This document shows, one piece after another, positions 60,601-64,000 of a DNA stretch of 64,000 bases. The stretch covers positions 7,952 to 71,951 of the forward strand of contig CAWASY010000056.1 of the NCBI GenBank assembly GCA_963784505.1, in the 5' to 3' direction. The translations under genes were made by a program, and so were the position numbers. Position 1 is the first letter of the stretch. Every line of letters begins with the position of its first letter. Below the pieces are notes generated by a model. That model did not search any database and was not told where the DNA came from. It saw only the letters and a list, made by a program, of their open reading frames with translations. The DNA is from an uncultured beta proteobacterium (lineage in GTDB: Bacteria > Pseudomonadota > Gammaproteobacteria > Burkholderiales > Gallionellaceae).

Positions 60601-61743
60601 TTAGCCCTTAGGCGTAGGGCGTTTGCCGATCTTTACCTGTAGCGCGATTTCATTCTTATTCCGGATTAGTTTGACCATGACCTCCTTGCCGGGGGGCAGG
60701 TTGGAGACGGTTTTGAGCATTGCATCCCAGTTGGTGATGAGGTGGTCATCAATTGATACCAGTATGTCGCCTATTTTGATGCCTGCAAGTTGAGCTGGGC
60801 TATTGCGCAAAATCTCTGTAATCAACACGCCCTGGGCATCACTAATCTTGAGTGTTGCAGCCAGCTCAGGGGTGATTTCCTGTATGCCTGTCCCTATCCA
60901 GCCGCGTGTCACCGAGCCATTCTGGATGATTTGTTCCATAGTGTTTTTGGCCGTGGTCGCCGGAATGGCAAAACCGATGCCGAGTGAGCCGCCATTGGGG
61001 GAGTAGATGGCACTGTTGATACCAATCAGATCACCATTGGTATCGACTAGCGCGCCACCCGAATTACCCGGATTAATCGCAGCATCGGTCTGTATGAAAC
61101 TCTCGAAGGTGTTCAGACCCAGATGATCCCGTTTGAGTGCACTGATGATGCCCATGGTGACGGTTTGCCCGACCCCGAACGGATTGCCGATGGCAAGCAC
61201 CATATCGCCCACGTGTGCGGTATCGGGATGGCCGAACGTAACTGCAGGCAGTGGATCTGGCAATTCAATTTTGATCACGGCCAAATCCGTTTCAGGATCC
61301 GAGCCGATTACGTGTGCGCGTGCCTTGCGACCGTCGGCCAGCGCAACTTCAATCTGGTCAGCGGCTTCCACGACATGGTGGTTGGTGAGTATCAAGCCAT
61401 CCGCGCTGATGATGACGCCCGAACCCAGGCTGGAGCTGTGCTGGGGGGTGTTGTCCTGATCACCGAAAAAGAACTTGAAGCGCGGATCATTCATGAAGGG
61501 ATTGACCGGCGTTTTGATCGTTGTGCTGGTAAATACGTTAACCACGGAAGGCATGGCCTTCTTTGCCGCCGCGCTCAGACCCTTGACCGGTGTTGATTCA
61601 GCTGGTGATGCAGCTTCATACAGGGTGACTACGCCGGTTCTTGCCGCATTGGGCAATAGCTCGGGTTTAAGGGTATGAATGATGAACAGCAGCGCGAGTG
61701 CAATGGTGACGGTTTGAGTGAATAACAGCCAGTGTTTACGCAT
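60601..61743 (-). CDS. HtrA/DegS-like serine protease with one PDZ domain
   Basis: LGSGVI, TNHHV, DLAVI, QTDAAINPGNSGG. Confidence 0.92.
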   Translation of the reverse strand: MRKHWLLFTQTVTIALALLFIIHTLKPELLPNAARTGVVTLYEAASPAESTPVKGLSAAAKKAMPSVVNVFTSTTIKTPVNPFMNDPRFKFFFGDQDNTPQHSSSLGSGVIISADGLILTNHHVVEAADQIEVALADGRKARAHVIGSDPETDLAVIKIELPDPLPAVTFGHPDTAHVGDMVLAIGNPFGVGQTVTMGIISALKRDHLGLNTFESFIQTDAAINPGNSGGALVDTNGDLIGINSAIYSPNGGSLGIGFAIPATTAKNTMEQIIQNGSVTRGWIGTGIQEITPELAATLKISDAQGVLITEILRNSPAQLAGIKIGDILVSIDDHLITNWDAMLKTVSNLPPGKEVMVKLIRNKNEIALQVKIGKRPTPKG

Positions 61744-61786
61744 GGTAATATGAACGGATTGTTTGTTATAAATGATCGGGAAATAG

Positions 61787-62533
61787 ATGAAGCTAGAAGA
61801 ACTGCGCGATTATAACGCAAGCCTGTTGCAAACTGCTCAATTCAAGGATTATGCGCCGAACGGCATTCAGCTAGAAGGCCGTGGTGAGGTGATGCGTATT
61901 GCGACGGCGGTCACGGCATCCCAGCAGGTGATTGATCAGGCGGTGGCATGGGGGGCGGATGCGCTTATAGTGCATCACGGTTATTTTTGGCGCAGCGAAG
62001 ATGCCTGCATCGTCGGCATCAAGAAGCGGCGTATCGCAACGCTGCTAAAGCATGACGTGAGTCTGCTGGCCTATCATCTGCCACTCGATGCGCATGAAAC
62101 ATTGGGCAATAACGCACAACTGGGCAGATTGCTGGGGTTGCGGGAAGTTGGGCGCTTCGGCGAACAAAATATCGCGTGTTATGGCACGCTGGAATCCCCG
62201 ATGAGTCTGTCACAGTTTTCGCGGTGCGTAAAAGACAAGCTGCAGCGAAGTCCGCAAGTTATCGGCGATGGGGAACGCCAAATTCGTAGCGTAGCGTGGT
62301 GCAGTGGTGGTGCGCAAGGTTATTTCGAAGCGGCCATTGCGCAGGGTGCTGATGTGTATCTGACGGGCGAAATATCAGAGCAGAGTTTTCACCAGGCTAA
62401 TGAGACGGGCGTGGCTTTTATTGCAGCAGGCCATCATGCCACCGAACGACTGGGTATCCAGGCACTGGGTGAGCATTTAGCCAAAAAATTTGATCTTGCG
62501 CATCGTTTCTTCGATCAGGACAATCCGGTTTAA
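61787..62533 (+). CDS. Nif3/YbgI-like dinuclear metal protein
   Basis: DYAPNGIQ, VHHG, YHLPLDAH, AGHHATE. Confidence 0.93.
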   Translation: MKLEELRDYNASLLQTAQFKDYAPNGIQLEGRGEVMRIATAVTASQQVIDQAVAWGADALIVHHGYFWRSEDACIVGIKKRRIATLLKHDVSLLAYHLPLDAHETLGNNAQLGRLLGLREVGRFGEQNIACYGTLESPMSLSQFSRCVKDKLQRSPQVIGDGERQIRSVAWCSGGAQGYFEAAIAQGADVYLTGEISEQSFHQANETGVAFIAAGHHATERLGIQALGEHLAKKFDLAHRFFDQDNPV

Positions 62534-62540
62534 CGAAACG

Positions 62541-63221
62541 TTAGTCCTGCAGACTGCCTGCCATGTTGATTTTTGGGGGGTTCCCCTGGTCGCTGCGCTT
62601 TCGACGCAGTTGATCCAGCGATATGGTCATGCTGCGCGGTGCGACTTTAAGGGCCGTATTGGCCTGCGCGATCAGTTCACGATGATTCAATACCAATGAG
62701 TTGAACAGTGTCTGCATATCCTGTAATAGCGCTTCAGGATGCCGGGAGTAGCGTAGTAAAAAATCACTGCGTCTCGGGTAATAATTTGTCCATTGCCACC
62801 CCAGAAAACTTTCATTGTCTTTGAAGCCCGCAGCATCTAGCGCCTGCAAAAGTGCTGCGACAGCAGGCAGCGCGAGTTGTTCAGCAGTGGGTTTGCTCTG
62901 CCACATCAGGCCAAAAAATATGCGCCATCCTCCCCCCAGATATTGCTGTTCCATGATGGGGAACAGACAAATATCCTGAGCTTCGGGCAGTTTGAATTGC
63001 AAACCTACCAGTATGCCGGCGGAATTTCGATCTTCGATAACGCCGGTTTTCCATTGAGCGTCATCCTGATGGTTCGTCTGGGCAAAGTGCTGTTGCAATT
63101 CCTGCCAAAAGCGCGAGTTCATCTGTTCGCGGATCGTGTCAATTTGTTCGGCGACAGATAGACCTAGCGGCAGGTTTTCGGGTTGGGCAAAAAAATCGAG
63201 TACGGCTTGTTCTTCATTCAT
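62541..63221 (-). CDS. Hypothetical protein
   Basis: Long ORF with plausible composition; ATG at 63221 (MNEEQAVLDFF) preferred; no recognised motif. Confidence 0.65.
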   Translation of the reverse strand: MNEEQAVLDFFAQPENLPLGLSVAEQIDTIREQMNSRFWQELQQHFAQTNHQDDAQWKTGVIEDRNSAGILVGLQFKLPEAQDICLFPIMEQQYLGGGWRIFFGLMWQSKPTAEQLALPAVAALLQALDAAGFKDNESFLGWQWTNYYPRRSDFLLRYSRHPEALLQDMQTLFNSLVLNHRELIAQANTALKVAPRSMTISLDQLRRKRSDQGNPPKINMAGSLQD

Positions 63222-63430
63222 GATGGCAAGATGTTGAGTGGTTGATATTTTGAAGTATATAAGTAAATACTGTAAAACCAAGTAAAATAAATAAGTTTTC
63301 AGGGAACTTAATCTGTCGGCAACAATCGTGGTTGACATTAATTTTTAAACCAGACATGATTCGCCCGTGCTCATGGTCACTTGTGTCTGTCAGTAACATA
63401 ATAAATAAACAGATAATAATTAGTATCGTG

Positions 63431-63444
63431 TTGTGCCGCATCAA
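63431..63444. promoter_or_regulatory. Possible FNR-type box
   Basis: TTGTG-CCGC-ATCAA versus TTGAT-N4-ATCAA, about 80 bp upstream of the cytochrome gene. Confidence 0.35.
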
Positions 63445-63522
63445 AAATAATCCGTTTTGACTGTTCGTTCATGCCAGCTCTTGCTGGTATGGGATCATTT
63501 GTTTGCAGGGGGAGTGCCTACG

Positions 63523-64000
63523 ATGTTTCGTTTTTTACGTTTTCCTATCTTTTTGGTAGGTTTGTTGTTGTCCGTTAGCAGTTACGCGATAAATGATTCG
63601 CAACCAATACTTACGACCGAGGATGGTTTAGGTCCGCAAGTTCAGCAGCCCATCGAGTTTCCCCACTATCGTCATGCTGGAGATCGCAACGCAAGCGATC
63701 CGACCAATAGCGACCCCAACAAGGGCGGTATGGAAATAAACTGTCAGTATTGTCATACCTACGCAAGACGTAGCAAGGTGGCTGGTATACCGCCATTGCA
63801 GAAATGCATAGGTTGTCACCAGAACATCGAATCCGTACGCAATAAGCCACGTATCGTACAGTTGTTTAAATACTGGGACGAGAAAAAGGCTATTCCCTGG
63901 AAAAAAGTTCATGATTTGCCTGATTTCGTGCGTTTCAATCACGAACGCCACATCAAGCGATTTATCGAGCAGCAGGACAGGCCGGTTCAGGAAGTCTGCG
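63523..64000 (+). CDS. Multiheme cytochrome c, ActA/QrcA-like (alternative complex III type), runs off the window
   Basis: Not in the ORF track because it has no stop; my translation gives QPIEFPH..HAG, CQYCH, AGIPP..KCIGCH, IPWKKVHDLPDFVRFNHERH. Confidence 0.85.
   Translation, partial: MFRFLRFPIFLVGLLLSVSSYAINDSQPILTTEDGLGPQVQQPIEFPHYRHAGDRNASDPTNSDPNKGGMEINCQYCHTYARRSKVAGIPPLQKCIGCHQNIESVRNKPRIVQLFKYWDEKKAIPWKKVHDLPDFVRFNHERHIKRFIEQQDRPVQEVC

Overview
Core-genome window from a betaproteobacterium, most likely a microaerophilic Fe(II)-oxidiser of the Gallionellaceae type (inferred from a cluster-1 Cyc2 and gene content). In order it carries ispB, pilSR, ampD, nrdAB with tandem NrdR boxes, pabB, a GGDEF protein, spoT-rpoZ-gmk-yicC, rph-rdgB-hemW, an orphan PAS kinase, a six-gene Ehr (Hyf-like, no NiFe ligands) complex, sthA, metG, apbC, dcd, a basic amino acid decarboxylase, a cold-shock protein, folA-thyA, an M17 peptidase, a frameshifted lpdA, proA, a GIY-YIG nuclease, trpC, a decayed ccdAB, a porin, coq7, cyc2, hisC-E, tatABC, an HtrA protease, Nif3 and the start of an ActA-like multiheme cytochrome. 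I saw no rRNA, tRNA, CRISPR array or intact transposase. The most unusual signal is non-coding: many short hairpin elements of about 54-59 bp (often exactly 57 bp) with different sequences. They insert into REP palindromes, into each other up to several layers deep, across a stop codon, and in frame into housekeeping genes. There is also a 24-26 bp class and several REP families. The decarboxylase gene is bracketed by synonymous copies of its own 5' and 3' ends. All gene calls are by recognition of motifs, not by database search.
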